NCBI GenBank assembly: GCA_963841435.1
Contig: CAWJCS010000002.1
Coordinates: 1,120,001-1,184,000 of the forward strand
Direction of reading: 5' to 3'
DNA length: 64,000 nucleotides
From: an uncultured delta proteobacterium
GTDB lineage: Bacteria; Myxococcota_A; Polyangia; Polyangiales; Polyangiaceae
The position numbers were made by a program, and so were the translations under genes. The notes beneath the pieces were generated by a model. That model saw only the letters and a program-made list of their open reading frames with translations, was not told where the DNA came from and made no database searches. This document shows positions 47,871-58,693 of this stretch, one piece after another; position 1 is the first letter of the stretch; every line of letters begins with the position of its first letter.

Positions 47871-49682
47871 TCACTCTCCCCGCCGGTACAGGAACTGGTC
47901 GGTCTGCGTGGTCGCGATGATGGCGCTCGCGAGCGTCCCGTCGCGGTCCATCGCGTCTGCAATCACCGCTATCGAGCAGGCGTCCTCGCTGCCGTCCGCC
48001 TGCGCGGCCGTGTAGCGGAACAGCTGCGTGGCGAAGCATTGCTCGGTCTCCGGCAGCGCGGCCAGCTGCTCCATCAGCTCCGCGGGCCCTTCGAACTCGA
48101 GCGGCGCGGCGGAGACCTCCGTGAGCGTCCCGCTCGTGTCGATGGCCGTGCCGCTGTCGTAAGCGTCGCGGAAGTGCCCGAGCCCGTCGAAGTGCTCGTA
48201 CGCGAGCCCTGCCGGGTCGATCACGCGATGGCACCCGCCGCACGCGCCCTTGGCTTCGACGGCCGCGGCTGTCTGCTTACCGGTGGGGTGCTCGGGCAAG
48301 ACCAGGTTGCCGAACTCGGTTTGCGCGTTCGCGGGCGGCGCTCCGAGGTCGACGCACAGGAGCCGCTTCATGATGAAGCGCCCGCGGAACACGTACGACG
48401 GGCTCGCCGGGTGGGCGAGTGCCGCGAGGAGCGCGGGTTGCGTGGAGATGCCCGTGTAGCGGTCGCTCGGGAGCTCGACGGCCGTCCAATCGCTCGCGGG
48501 GTCGACGCCGAAGAAGTCCGCGAGCTTGCCCTTCACGAACACCGTGTTCGAGCGCAGGAGGGAGTACAGACTTCCGCCCGAATGCACCTGGTCGCCGACG
48601 TAGCGATCGAACGACTCGTTGATGAGCCCGACGAGCTCGTCGTCGAGGTACGGAAAGGCGCTCTTGTCCTTGCTCCCCACCGCGTTTTCAGGGGTCTCGC
48701 TCCACTCGCGGAAGAAGCGCCTGAGGCCGCGTGCGCTCCGCGGGTCGTCCAGCATGCGCGCCGCCTGGTCGCGCACGTCGCCGGCGCTCGTGAGCGCGCC
48801 CTGCTCGGCGGCGGCGAGCAGCTCGTCGTCCGGGAGCGAGCCCCAGAGCCCCAGGGCAAGCCGCGTCGCGAGCTCCGGCCCGGTGCGAGGCCGATCCTTG
48901 CCCGCCGGTGCATCCGCTTCGAGCACGTACAAGAACGCGGGCATTTGCAAGAGGAGAGCCGTCATCACCGCCACCGCGTCGCTGAAGGACGCGCCGTCGT
49001 CGCGTTCCGCCGCAAAGACGGCAAGGAGCGTGGTGCGCTCTTGCTCGGTCAGCGGTCGGCGGAACGCGCGGTGCCCGACCGTGTCGAGGTAGGTGTCGGC
49101 GCAGGCGTCGTCGCCGTCGGGTGTGCACGGAAGCACGCGCTCGAGCCTGGGCGCGAGCGTCTGCGCGACCTCCTCGGCGGCGCTCATGATACTGCCCACG
49201 CCCTGCTCGCTCACGAGCAAGAGGTCGGGCTCCGTCGAGTAGCCCGTGACGGGATTTCCGGACCCTGACGGGTACTTGTCGCTCGGTGTGAAGCCGAACA
49301 GGTCGCTCACCGCGTTGCGGTATTCCTCGAGCGTCAGCCGCCGGATCGGAGCGGTTTTGCCATGCGTTGTGGTGCTGCAATCCACCACCGAAGAGCCGCC
49401 GCTCCCTCCCGGCCCGCTGCTGCCCGCAGCGCCGCCCGCGCCCGCGCTCCCGTTGCCCGTCCCACCGCTTTTGCCCGCGGCCGCTCCGGCCCCGCTCTCG
49501 CCCGCCGCGGCGCCGCTCCCGCCCGATGCCCCGACGCCCTCCGCAGGGGCAGGGTCGGCCGATTCGACGCCGATCGTGCCGGTGCAACCGACGCCGCCGG
49601 CAAGCGCGATCGAGCCGAGCAGCGGGCCGACCCAGGTCCAGAGGCCGGAGCCCGCCCGTGGAAGCCGCCGCAGATCCGCCAT
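47871..49682 (-). CDS. DUF1592/DUF1588-family lipoprotein with CxxCH haem-c motif
   Basis: Lipobox GVGC; Gly linker; RRLT.EEYRNAVSDL, AFRRP, ELATRLA..LW.SLPDDEL, CGGCH..IDP.GLAYEHFDGLG.FR. Confidence 0.9.
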   Translation of the reverse strand: MADLRRLPRAGSGLWTWVGPLLGSIALAGGVGCTGTIGVESADPAPAEGVGASGGSGAAAGESGAGAAAGKSGGTGNGSAGAGGAAGSSGPGGSGGSSVVDCSTTTHGKTAPIRRLTLEEYRNAVSDLFGFTPSDKYPSGSGNPVTGYSTEPDLLLVSEQGVGSIMSAAEEVAQTLAPRLERVLPCTPDGDDACADTYLDTVGHRAFRRPLTEQERTTLLAVFAAERDDGASFSDAVAVMTALLLQMPAFLYVLEADAPAGKDRPRTGPELATRLALGLWGSLPDDELLAAAEQGALTSAGDVRDQAARMLDDPRSARGLRRFFREWSETPENAVGSKDKSAFPYLDDELVGLINESFDRYVGDQVHSGGSLYSLLRSNTVFVKGKLADFFGVDPASDWTAVELPSDRYTGISTQPALLAALAHPASPSYVFRGRFIMKRLLCVDLGAPPANAQTEFGNLVLPEHPTGKQTAAAVEAKGACGGCHRVIDPAGLAYEHFDGLGHFRDAYDSGTAIDTSGTLTEVSAAPLEFEGPAELMEQLAALPETEQCFATQLFRYTAAQADGSEDACSIAVIADAMDRDGTLASAIIATTQTDQFLYRRGE

Positions 49683-49931
49683 GCTCCCCCGTGAAGGACG
49701 GCTCGCCCCCCACACCTTCGATGCGTCCGAATTTTTCTCGGGAGCCCGCGCCGCGAGCTCCTCGATCGCCTCAGCAACGCTCGAGCCGTTCGTTGGACCA
49801 CAAATTGCCGAAAGCACGGCCTCGTGGCGAGGCGCGCGCTCTCACACCCCTCGGGTGACGCCGCTCGCTTCGACAGCGCGCGACGGGGAAGGTACACTGG
49901 CCGGATTCGCGCACGAAGGAGGCGCGCGCCG

Positions 49932-51841
49932 GTGGCAGCAAATAGGCAAACACCGTGGGGCAGGGTGGTGACCGTGTGCGCGTGTGCGTCCGCCCTCGCG
50001 TGCGGGGAGAGCCACTCCGCAGGCTCACCGACGGACGGCGTGCCTTCGGCGGGGGCGGGAGCCGGTACCGCGGGCGGCGGCGCAGGCGGAGGTGGCGCGA
50101 TGGGCGGGGGCGAGACCGGCGGCGTGGCAGGTGTCGGGGGCTCGGCCGCGGCAGGTGTCGGGGGCTCGGCCGCGGCAGGCGTCGGGAGCGGGCGGCTGGC
50201 GGCGCCGGGCGGGCGGCTCGGCGGGGGCGGGCGAGGGGGGCTCGGCCGGGATCGATCCTCTGCCGCCGGCGCCCGAATCTCACGTGCGCGGGGGACAATC
50301 CGTGCGTCATCGGCGCGTGCGGCGCGGACACCCACCCGTGCGACGGCTCGTTCGACATCGCGTCAGAGGCTGACTTCGCGGGCGTGAGCGGCTGCACCTC
50401 CATCAGCGGCGAACTTTCCGTCCACGGAGCCGATATCTCGAGCCTCACGGGGCTCTCGTCGCTCCTGGCAGTCGGTGGAGATTTCTACCTGTATGACACC
50501 GACGCGCTCGTCACCCTCGAGGGGCTCGACAACCTCGCGTCCGTCGCCGGGACGCTGGGCATCGGGAGCTCGGTGGGGCACAGCGGCGGAAACGCCGCGC
50601 TCACCGACCTGGCTGGGCTCGAAAGCCTCGCCTACGTCGGAGGGCTGCTGCACGTCAGCGCCAACGACGCGCTGCAAAGCTTGGACGGTCTCACGCTTTC
50701 GGCTCTGCCCGGTGGCCTCGAGGTCACGGGGAACGACGCGCTCGAAGGTCTGGGCGATCTGAGCGCCCTCGTGTGCATCGGAGGCAAGCTCCAGGTTACC
50801 TCCAACCACGTACTCCGGGACTTGAGCGGCTTATACAACCTCACCACGATTCGAGGCTTTGCGGGTCTCGAGGACATGGCAGACGTCGCCGGTCTGGGAC
50901 ATCTCACCGCCGTCGGGGACACCCTCGAGGTCTGGAACACGTCGGCCGTCAACCTCAGCGGGCTCGAGAGCGTCACGTACGTCGGGCGCGACCTTTCCAT
51001 CAACAAGAACAGCGCCCTGACGAGCCTGACGGGCCTCGAAAAGCTCGTGACCATCGGGGGGAACGTCTTCGTTGGCGAGGCGCCGCTCGCCAATCTACGT
51101 GGCCTCGACGGCCTCACTTACATCGGAGGCGGCATGGCGGCCCAGGCCGGTAGCGTTCCACTCACCAGCCTCGAGGGGCTCGAGGCGCTGACCTTCGTCG
51201 GCGGCGTCTTGACGATTCCGGCCATCGAGGACCTCTCCCCCCTGAACCACCTCACGTCCGTCGGAATGCTCGCCATCGAGGGCCACCCGACGCTCACCGA
51301 CCTGAGCGCTTTCAGTCACATCGAGCACGTGGGAGGGCTGACGCTGTCCGACGACCCGGAGCTCACGAGCCTGCACGGCGTCGAGGACTCCGCAACGCTC
51401 GAGAACGGTCTGGTCATCTCCTCCGATCCGCTCTTGCAAAACCTCGACCCGCTCACGAACGTCACCAGCATCGCAGGCTCCGTGACGATCGGCGGCAGCC
51501 TCACCAGTCTCAGCGGGCTCGAGCACGTCAGCTCCATCGGGGGCATCCTAGCCATCGAGAACAACGAATTTCTCGAAGACCTCAGCGGGCTCGCTTCCCT
51601 GGTCAGCGTCGGCAACACGCTCTTCGTCAGACACAATCCGATGCTCAAGAGCCTCGACGGTCTCGAGAACCTGACGTCGGTCGGCGCCGAAAGCCCCGTG
51701 ATCGCCGGTGACCTCATCATCTACGTGACCGAGAACGCGGAGCTGCCCCAGTGCACGGCCGACGCTCTCGAAGCGCAGCTCGTCAACTTCCCGGGCTATT
51801 TCGCCTCGTTCGGAAACTACGGCAGCGGCGCCTGCAACTGA
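49932..51841 (+). CDS. Receptor L-domain / leucine-rich-repeat lipoprotein; two apparent frameshifts around 50190-50280
   Basis: GGAGG RBS, GTG start, lipobox ALAC and Gly linker lie in one frame; GGSAGAGEGGSAGIDPLPPAP lies in a second; the LRR body (L..L.GL..L..VGG.L.I..N repeats) lies in a third. Confidence 0.75.
50127..50186 (+). repeat. 24-bp tandem repeat (about 2.5 copies) in the linker
   Basis: gcaggtgtcgggggctcggccgcg at 50127 and 50151, with a partial copy at 50175. Confidence 0.8.
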
Positions 51842-51869
51842 GTCGCTCGCTCCGCTCCGAGCGAGCGGC
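51842..51869. terminator. GC-rich hairpin between convergent genes (possible bidirectional terminator)
   Basis: CGCTCGCTC-CGCTCC-GAGCGAGCG forms a 9-bp perfect stem; there is no U-tract. Confidence 0.45.
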
Positions 51870-51903
51870 ATCTGCGTCCTCGCCAAGCGAGTGTTGCCGC
51901 TCG

Positions 51904-53284
51904 CTAGTTCTCGTCGAGCCGCAGCACGCCATCCTCGCGCTTCACCAACATCATCAAGACGATCTCACCACCGACGGAGAACCGGATCGTCGCACTCTCC
52001 CCGAGCCGTCCCGTGCTGAACGTTGCGTGGTCGATCTCGGCCTTTGGCGCCTGGCGGGCAAAACCCAAGCTTAGCCTCACGAGCTCGGGCGGGTTTCTCA
52101 CGCGCTGCTTCCAGGAAAGCACGGCCTTATAGCGCTCCAGGTCGCCCGCTCGGGCGATCTCGGTCAGCTCGCGCACGAACGCCCGCGCCTCGGCCTCGGT
52201 AGGCGGTGATTCGACGGAGGTGTCGGGGAAACGGTGCTCGGGTGCGGCGGGCGTCATCGAGAAGGGGAGGCTGGGCGTGTTTCCCAGCGCGGTGCAGTCG
52301 GGACCGAGGTGCAGGAAGCCGTGCTTCTGCGAGACCCACACGTCCCGCTCGCCGCTGCCCCATACGGCGCCCGCTCTTACCCCATCGACCATCGACCAGC
52401 CGCGCCCGTCCCAAACGAAGAGCTCTCCAAAAGTCAGCGCCCAGAGCGCCTGCGGGCTCGGACCCCAGAACCGCTGCACTCTGAAGGCGGGAGGGAACGG
52501 CACCGTTGACCAGCGAGCACCGTCGTAATGAACGACGATGCCGAAGTCGCCGGCGGCCCAAACGTCGTTTTCGGCGAAGGCCCAGAGTGCGAACAGGTGC
52601 TCCTTCGTCGGCGAGTCCACGCGGTGCCAAGCGTTGCCGTCGAAGTGGTGAAGCTCGCCCCAGAAGCCCGCGGCCCAAACATCCCGTGCGCTCGTACCTG
52701 CGAGGGCGGTGACGCCGTGCTGGCGCTGGTCCTCGGGCGCGGGCTCGAGGAAGGCCACGAGCTCCCAGCCGGTGCCGCGAGAATGGAAGACGCCGTGCGA
52801 GGAGCCCGCCATCCAGAACGTCGTTGCGAGCGCTCCCCCAGATTTCACCGGCCGCGCTCGGCGTCTTGGATGTAGAAAACTGGGCGCCATCCCAGTGGAG
52901 GAGGGTCCCGGACTGTCCTGCGGTGATCCGAACGTCGTCCGCGCCGCTGCCCCAGACACCGGTGAGCAGGGTGTGCTCGGTTCGCTCCGTCTTCCAGGTG
53001 CGGCCGTTGAAATGGTGAATGGCTCCGCCCGCTCCCCAGAAGCCGACGGCCCACACGTCGTCGGGGCTCGCTCCCCAGATGCGACCGACGCCGTAAATGT
53101 CGGGGGCGTACGGCTTCCAGCACAGCGCGGGCGGCGGGGGCTCGGGGTGGGCGGCGGCTGGGGTTGCCGCGCTCGGAGGGGGGCCAGCGGGGCGAGGGGG
53201 CCGGTGTGGCGTGCACGTGCCGAGGCAGAGCGCGAGGGCGACGGTGCAGACCGCCAGGTCGCCCCTGATTTTGGACGTTGGCAC
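51904..53284 (-). CDS. Beta-propeller lipoprotein with WGS..DVW repeats; apparent frameshift at about 52817
   Basis: The N-half (lipobox LGTC; WGASPDDVW, WGSGADDV, WGSARNDV) and C-half (WMAG..., WAFAENDVW, WGSGERDVW) are in different frames. Removing one T from GACGTTCTGG joins them. Confidence 0.72.
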
Positions 53285-53572
53285 CCTCGTGATGAGAGCA
53301 CGGACCCTCAGCGCGTGGCCACCTCGAGCGTTGGGCGCCAAGCAAGATAGAACTGGACGAATTCCGCCCCGACGAGCTCCTCGCTCGGAAGGAACGCCGT
53401 TGGAGTCGCCCGCACCACCCTCACCGCTCGCGGCGTCGCCCTCGACGCCCAGGGTCATCTCTGACCCCGACAGTGCCGCTGCGGCCGCCACTGAGGTTCC
53501 CACGCAACAAAACTGACTCCTATGGTGGGGGCCGGGCGTCTTTGTCTTGTTCGAGACACGGAAGGCTCCCGC

Positions 53573-55726
53573 TTGTCGTTCGCCCAATTTTCGCAGGCTT
53601 TAAAGCCAGGCCCCTTTCAGGTAGCCGCCATCGTGGGTCTCGCGGCCGCGCTCGGGGTTGCGCCGGCGTCGGCCGCGCAGACGGACATCACCATTTCGAT
53701 GGATCCGCCGCCCGCCGCACCGCGCATCAACGGCCCGAGAGTCGTCGGCTGGCGACCGGGGACACCCTTTCTCTACGCCATCGCGGCGACGGGAGCGTCA
53801 CCACTCGCATTCGCAGCCACGGGCCTACCGAACGGGCTGTCGATTGACTCTGGCTCCGGAGTGATTTCCGGAACCGTGCCAGCAGCCGGCTCGTATCCCA
53901 TCGGCATCAGCGTCACCAACGGGGCCGGCAGCGCCGACGCGACACTCACGCTCGTGGCCGGCGACACGCTGGCGCTGACGCCGCCCATGGGCTGGAACAG
54001 CTACGACTCGTTTTACGCGAACGTCAAAGAGGCGGACGTGCTCGCGGCCGCCAACGCGATGAAAGACGTGCTCCAACCGTTCGGTTGGAACACGGTGGTC
54101 ATCGACTACCTCTGGTACGATCCGGAAAAGATCATCGACGCCAACGGGAGGTGGTTGCCGTCGACGAGCAAGTATCCGAACGCCAACGGCGCGGGCGGCT
54201 TCAAGCCCCTCGCCGATCAGATCCACGCCCTCGGACTGGGTTTCGGCATTCATCTCATGCGTGGCATCCCGCGCGTCGCCTTCAACCAGGACAGCCCCGT
54301 CGCCAACGCGAGCTACTCGGCGAAGGACGCCGGAAACTCCGGCAACGTCTGCCCGTGGGACGACCACATGTACGGCGTCAGGGGCGACACCGCGGCGGGC
54401 CAGGCCTGGTACGACTCCATCTACTCGCAGTACGCGGGGTGGGGCGTGGACTTCGTCAAAGTCGACGACATGATGAACCCGTACGGGGGCAACGTGCTCC
54501 ACGACAACGAGGTGGTGGCGGTCCACGACTCGCTCCTCAAGACCGGGCGCTCCATCGTCCTCAGCCTTTCTCCGGGTCCCAACCAGCCAGGCGACGTTCA
54601 GGTTCTCAACGCGAATGCCAACATGTGGCGCACGGTGAACGACTTCTGGGACACGAACGGCCTGAGCACCATCGGCGACGAGTTCACGGCCGCCAACAAC
54701 TGGGCCCAAACCGCGGGCATCACCCCGGGACACTGGCCGGACGCCGACATGCTGCCGCTCGGAACGGTCGGCAATCGCCCGTGCGCGTTCAGCCACAACC
54801 AGCAAGTCATGGTCATGACCCTCTGGAGCATGATGCCGTCGCCGCTCATCTTCGGGGGCCAACCGACCAAGCTCGCCGGTGACGCCTGGACCACCGCGCT
54901 CCTCACCAACGAGGAAGTGCTCGCCATCAATCAGGACGCGCTCGGCAGCCGCGGCAAGCGCATCGCGCAGCAGGGCTCGACCGAAGTCTGGGCGAGGGAT
55001 CTATCCGGCGGGCGCAAGGCCGTGGCGCTCTTCAACCGCGGGACACAAGACGCCACGGTTTCGGCCAGCCTGTCGGCGCTCGGCGTGTCCGGTATGGTGA
55101 CGGTGCGCGACCTGTGGCGGAAGCAGGACGTGAGCGGGGTGACGACCGACATTTCGGCGAACGTCCCGCACGAGGGAGCGCTGATGTACACGGTGGCGCC
55201 CCCCGGCACCGAAACCGGGGGCATGGGCGGCATGGGAGGCGCGAGCGGTATGGGGGGCGACGGCGCCGTGGGCGGAATGGCAGGAATGGCGACCGGAGGA
55301 AGCCCGGCCGGTGGCGAGGGGGGCAACCTAGCGGGTGGCGGCGGCGCAGCGGGGATGGGAATGGGAGGAGCGTCGGGTGCCGGGGCCAGCTCGGCGTCGG
55401 GCGGCAATGGGGCTGCCGGGCTCGCGGCGGGCAGCGGCGCGGCGGCCGGAAGCGGAAACGGGGGGCAAGCTGCGGGCACGTCGGACGGTGGCGCGTCGAA
55501 CGCCGGCGGGGCGATTGCCGGCGCGGGTGCTAGCTCGCCCGCTGGGAACGCAGGCGCGTCCGGGGCGCGTGCGAACACGGTCGGAAGCGACGGCGGCTGC
55601 TCCTGCAGGGTCGGCTCGCGCACGCGCCGCACTCCGGGCTTGCTGCTCGCGTATGGCTTGCTCCTACTCTCGGTTGGTGCTCGAAGGCGCAAGCGGCGTC
55701 GGCTGCGCCACCTGCCCGGCTGCTGA
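53573..55726 (+). CDS. GH27 glycosidase with N-terminal Ig-like domain, Gly-rich tail and MYXO-CTERM-type anchor
   Basis: Signal peptide; GLPNGLSIDSGSGVISG; TPPMGWNSYD, VIDYLW, GFGIHLMRGIP, WGVDFVKVDD, WPDADMLP; tail GGCSCRV + TM + RRRKRRR. Confidence 0.9.
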   Translation: MSFAQFSQALKPGPFQVAAIVGLAAALGVAPASAAQTDITISMDPPPAAPRINGPRVVGWRPGTPFLYAIAATGASPLAFAATGLPNGLSIDSGSGVISGTVPAAGSYPIGISVTNGAGSADATLTLVAGDTLALTPPMGWNSYDSFYANVKEADVLAAANAMKDVLQPFGWNTVVIDYLWYDPEKIIDANGRWLPSTSKYPNANGAGGFKPLADQIHALGLGFGIHLMRGIPRVAFNQDSPVANASYSAKDAGNSGNVCPWDDHMYGVRGDTAAGQAWYDSIYSQYAGWGVDFVKVDDMMNPYGGNVLHDNEVVAVHDSLLKTGRSIVLSLSPGPNQPGDVQVLNANANMWRTVNDFWDTNGLSTIGDEFTAANNWAQTAGITPGHWPDADMLPLGTVGNRPCAFSHNQQVMVMTLWSMMPSPLIFGGQPTKLAGDAWTTALLTNEEVLAINQDALGSRGKRIAQQGSTEVWARDLSGGRKAVALFNRGTQDATVSASLSALGVSGMVTVRDLWRKQDVSGVTTDISANVPHEGALMYTVAPPGTETGGMGGMGGASGMGGDGAVGGMAGMATGGSPAGGEGGNLAGGGGAAGMGMGGASGAGASSASGGNGAAGLAAGSGAAAGSGNGGQAAGTSDGGASNAGGAIAGAGASSPAGNAGASGARANTVGSDGGCSCRVGSRTRRTPGLLLAYGLLLLSVGARRRKRRRLRHLPGC

Positions 55727-55776
55727 CCGGCCTGCTACGCGGAGCGCGCATCAAACCGTGGTTCGACGAGCTCCGG

Positions 55777-56241
55777 ATGCCTGGGCTCTCTGGCTGTCAC
55801 AAACACCCTTCCGATGAAACCGGGCTCGGGTTTCTGGGGCTTGCTCCTCGCCGCGGCAGCCGGGTCGGCGAGGCGGGCTCTCTCATCCCGCCCGGGCTCG
55901 AGAGCGTGCCGTTGGTCGAGGTCGGCGGAGGCGTCTACGAGTGTCCCTGCGTTTCCGGTCCCGAGGGTCGCACGGAGGCGCGGGCTCAGGAGGGACGGAC
56001 CGAGTCGCGGGCTCCGTCCGGGGCCAGCGAACGCCGTGGCCCCCAAGGTCTTACCGAGGACCGGAACGCCGCCGGCGCGGCAGAACGACGTGGTCCCCAG
56101 GGCCTGACCGAAGAGCGCGGATTGCAAGGTGTGGCTGAGCGTCGTGGCCCTCACGGTCTTACTGGGATCGCGGGCCCAACGGCCTCACCGAGGCGCGCGG
56201 CCCGTCGGGCGCGAGCGAGCGCCGAGGCCCCCACGGCCTGA
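55777..56241 (+). other. Degenerate collagen-like repeat ORF (possible pseudogene)
   Basis: ERRGP(Q/H)GLT recurs at 56029, 56083 and 56137 (54-bp period); Gly-X-Y register with many Gly positions occupied by Glu. Confidence 0.45.
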
Positions 56242-56496
56242 CGGAGGAAACGGAGGTGAGTTGTCGCACCGACCGCTCTTGTCGCGGCTTTACCGTGCAA
56301 GCGCGGTCGGCCCCTACCTCCTACTACTTCCACGGGGAGCGATGGAACGTCAGAGGCCATTGCGTCGAGTGAGCGTCCGGGACGTGCCCTCGAACGACTG
56401 AGACAGCGGATTGCTCGTCGCCGGCGAAAGCTCGTCCTGCGAACGACGCGAGGTTTGGGGGGCGGGAACGGCGGACGGAGCGCTACCGCCCCGGGC

Positions 56497-58242
56497 TCAA
56501 GGGCACGTGCCGAGGTCGTCGTTGCCGGCGATCTGCGGAACCTCGGTGATGTTCTCGACACCGATCAGGTCCCGCAGCCGCTCCGCTTCGCAGGTCGGCA
56601 GGCTCACGTTGTCGGTGATGGCGAAAGACCCGTTCACACGCTGGAGCGCATCGAGCCCGTGAAGGCTCGCCAACGCGGTGTTCCCCGTGATGGCAAGATC
56701 CGCATCCAGAGCCGTGAGTTGCTCGAGCCCCTCGAGACCAAGCAGCGCTAGGTTGTCGCTGATGGTCAGCGTGCCCAGGCTGGTCAGAGCATCCATGCCG
56801 GCCAGATCCGACAGGCCCGGGCTCTCCGTGACGCTGAGCGCGCTGGCGTTCACGAGACCAGCTAGGCCCGCGAGGCTCTGCAGCTTGGGGCAGTCCGCGA
56901 TGTACACCCAACCGGCAGCCGTGAGTTGCTCGAGCCCGGTGAGGCTCGTGAGCGCTGGATCGCCGGAAACCTGCAGCGAGTAGTCGGCGCTCTCGAGGGC
57001 GTCGAGGCCACGAAGGTCCGTGAGGTTCAAGTTGACCAAGAACAGATCGCGTACAGTTCGCAGGTTCTCCAGGCCGTGGAGGCTCGTGAGCATGGGACAA
57101 CTGAACACGTTGACGTAGCCGGCGTCGCTCAGATTCCTGAGTCCCTCGAGCGTCTGGAGCCGCGCGTTATCGTACACCTTGAGACTCCCGGACGTGAGGC
57201 CCCGCAGGCCTTCGAGGTCGACCAAGGCGTCGTCGTGGTAGATGGCCACTTCGGCGCCCTCGACGCCGTTCAGGGCATCCACCTCGCGGAGCGCGGGGTT
57301 TTCCGCAATCACGAGCCCAGCGGCCTTCACGAGACCCTCGAGCCCCGAAAGTGTGGAGAGTTTCTCGTTGTAGAAGACGACCAGACGACCGACGACGTTG
57401 GTCAGCGAGGACAGACCCTGCAGGCTCGTCAGCTGGTCGTTGGACTGGACCACCATGTCGCCGGCAACCGTCGCCAGCGAGCCCAGGCCTTTTAGATCCG
57501 ACAGCGACGGAAGGTCGTAGATGCCGACGCTTCCAGCGACTTCCGCGAGCGCGTCGAGCCCTCGAAGCGTGCGCAAAGCCGGAGCGTCGGCGATTTGGAG
57601 ACGACCGCTCACGAGCTTCAAGCATTCGAGCGCGCTGAGATCGGAAACCTCGCCCGAGATTTTCAGCGTTCCCTGGACGATGTCGTAGTAGCGCAGGCGC
57701 TCTACGTCCGACTGGTTCTCGAGCAGCACGTCCGCCCGCACGACATGAGCGTCGTCGCAGTGCGGATCGACGCTCGGCAGTCCGGCAACTCCGCCAAAGC
57801 CCGCACCGCCGAAGCCCGCGCCTCCAACACCGGCTGCCCCCGAGGCGTCGCCGCCGAAGCTCGACCCACCGAACCCGGCGCCACCCACCGCCGCTCCGCC
57901 GAGGCCGCCTTCGCCTGAAGACGACCCGCCCACCCCACCCGCGTCGGTGCCGGCAACTCCACCGGACGGCACGACGTTCGTGCCACCCTCACCCGCGCCG
58001 GCCCCGATGCCCGCGGTGATCGCACCACCCGAGCCGGCGCCCGAGCCACCACCGACGACACCCGTGCCAGCGCGACCCCCGGTCACTCCCGCGGCGCCTG
58101 CCGGAGCGCCACCCCGAGCGGCGCCATCAGCGGGCGACTCCTCCACGGTGTGGCTGCGACCACCGCACGCGGCCACGACGAGCAACGCGAGGGCCGACAC
58201 CCCCAGACCGCGCCGCACGGACCGCATTCCGCTGTTCACCAT
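56497..58242 (-). CDS. Receptor L-domain / leucine-rich-repeat lipoprotein with Gly-rich linker
   Basis: GGAG RBS; lipobox VAAC; repeated L.GL..L..V.G.L.I..N..L; C-terminal LPTCEA...C similar to the 49932 paralogue. Confidence 0.88.
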   Translation of the reverse strand: MVNSGMRSVRRGLGVSALALLVVAACGGRSHTVEESPADGAARGGAPAGAAGVTGGRAGTGVVGGGSGAGSGGAITAGIGAGAGEGGTNVVPSGGVAGTDAGGVGGSSSGEGGLGGAAVGGAGFGGSSFGGDASGAAGVGGAGFGGAGFGGVAGLPSVDPHCDDAHVVRADVLLENQSDVERLRYYDIVQGTLKISGEVSDLSALECLKLVSGRLQIADAPALRTLRGLDALAEVAGSVGIYDLPSLSDLKGLGSLATVAGDMVVQSNDQLTSLQGLSSLTNVVGRLVVFYNEKLSTLSGLEGLVKAAGLVIAENPALREVDALNGVEGAEVAIYHDDALVDLEGLRGLTSGSLKVYDNARLQTLEGLRNLSDAGYVNVFSCPMLTSLHGLENLRTVRDLFLVNLNLTDLRGLDALESADYSLQVSGDPALTSLTGLEQLTAAGWVYIADCPKLQSLAGLAGLVNASALSVTESPGLSDLAGMDALTSLGTLTISDNLALLGLEGLEQLTALDADLAITGNTALASLHGLDALQRVNGSFAITDNVSLPTCEAERLRDLIGVENITEVPQIAGNDDLGTCP

Positions 58243-58693
58243 CTCCTACCCACGCGGCGAGCATACACTCACCCACGCTCGCGTGGGCGGGTGGTTCCGC
58301 GTGGCGATCCGCCGGCTACTGTTTGCGTCCGGGCGCTTTACCAAATTCCGTCTCGAGCCGCCTCGGGACAGAGTGCCCGTCGAAGCTCAATCGGCACACC
58401 GAAAAGGCGAGTGTCTGCGCTGCGCCCAGCCGCAGCGTCGCGTCGGCTGGGGTTCTTGCCCGAGTGGGCGAGCTCGTGGCTCGCCCACCCCGCCGGGGTG
58501 AGCTGCTCCGCAGTTCGTTCTTCCTTGGCGCCGCCACACTCCGAACGTGTATGACGGAGTAGCCTCTCCGTCGTCACGAACGACCTCTTCGACACGTGAC
58601 GCTTCCCGAAGAGACGCTTGACGCGCGGCAACACCTAAGGCAGGAGTCGTCACACGGACGCGTGTCAAAGGGGCCGCGGAGGAGTTAGGGATC

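Noticed and set aside
49898..49913. Sigma54-like TGGCCGGATTCGCGCA upstream of the LRR gene
   Set aside because: The match is weak, and the predicted start site would fall downstream of the gene's RBS.
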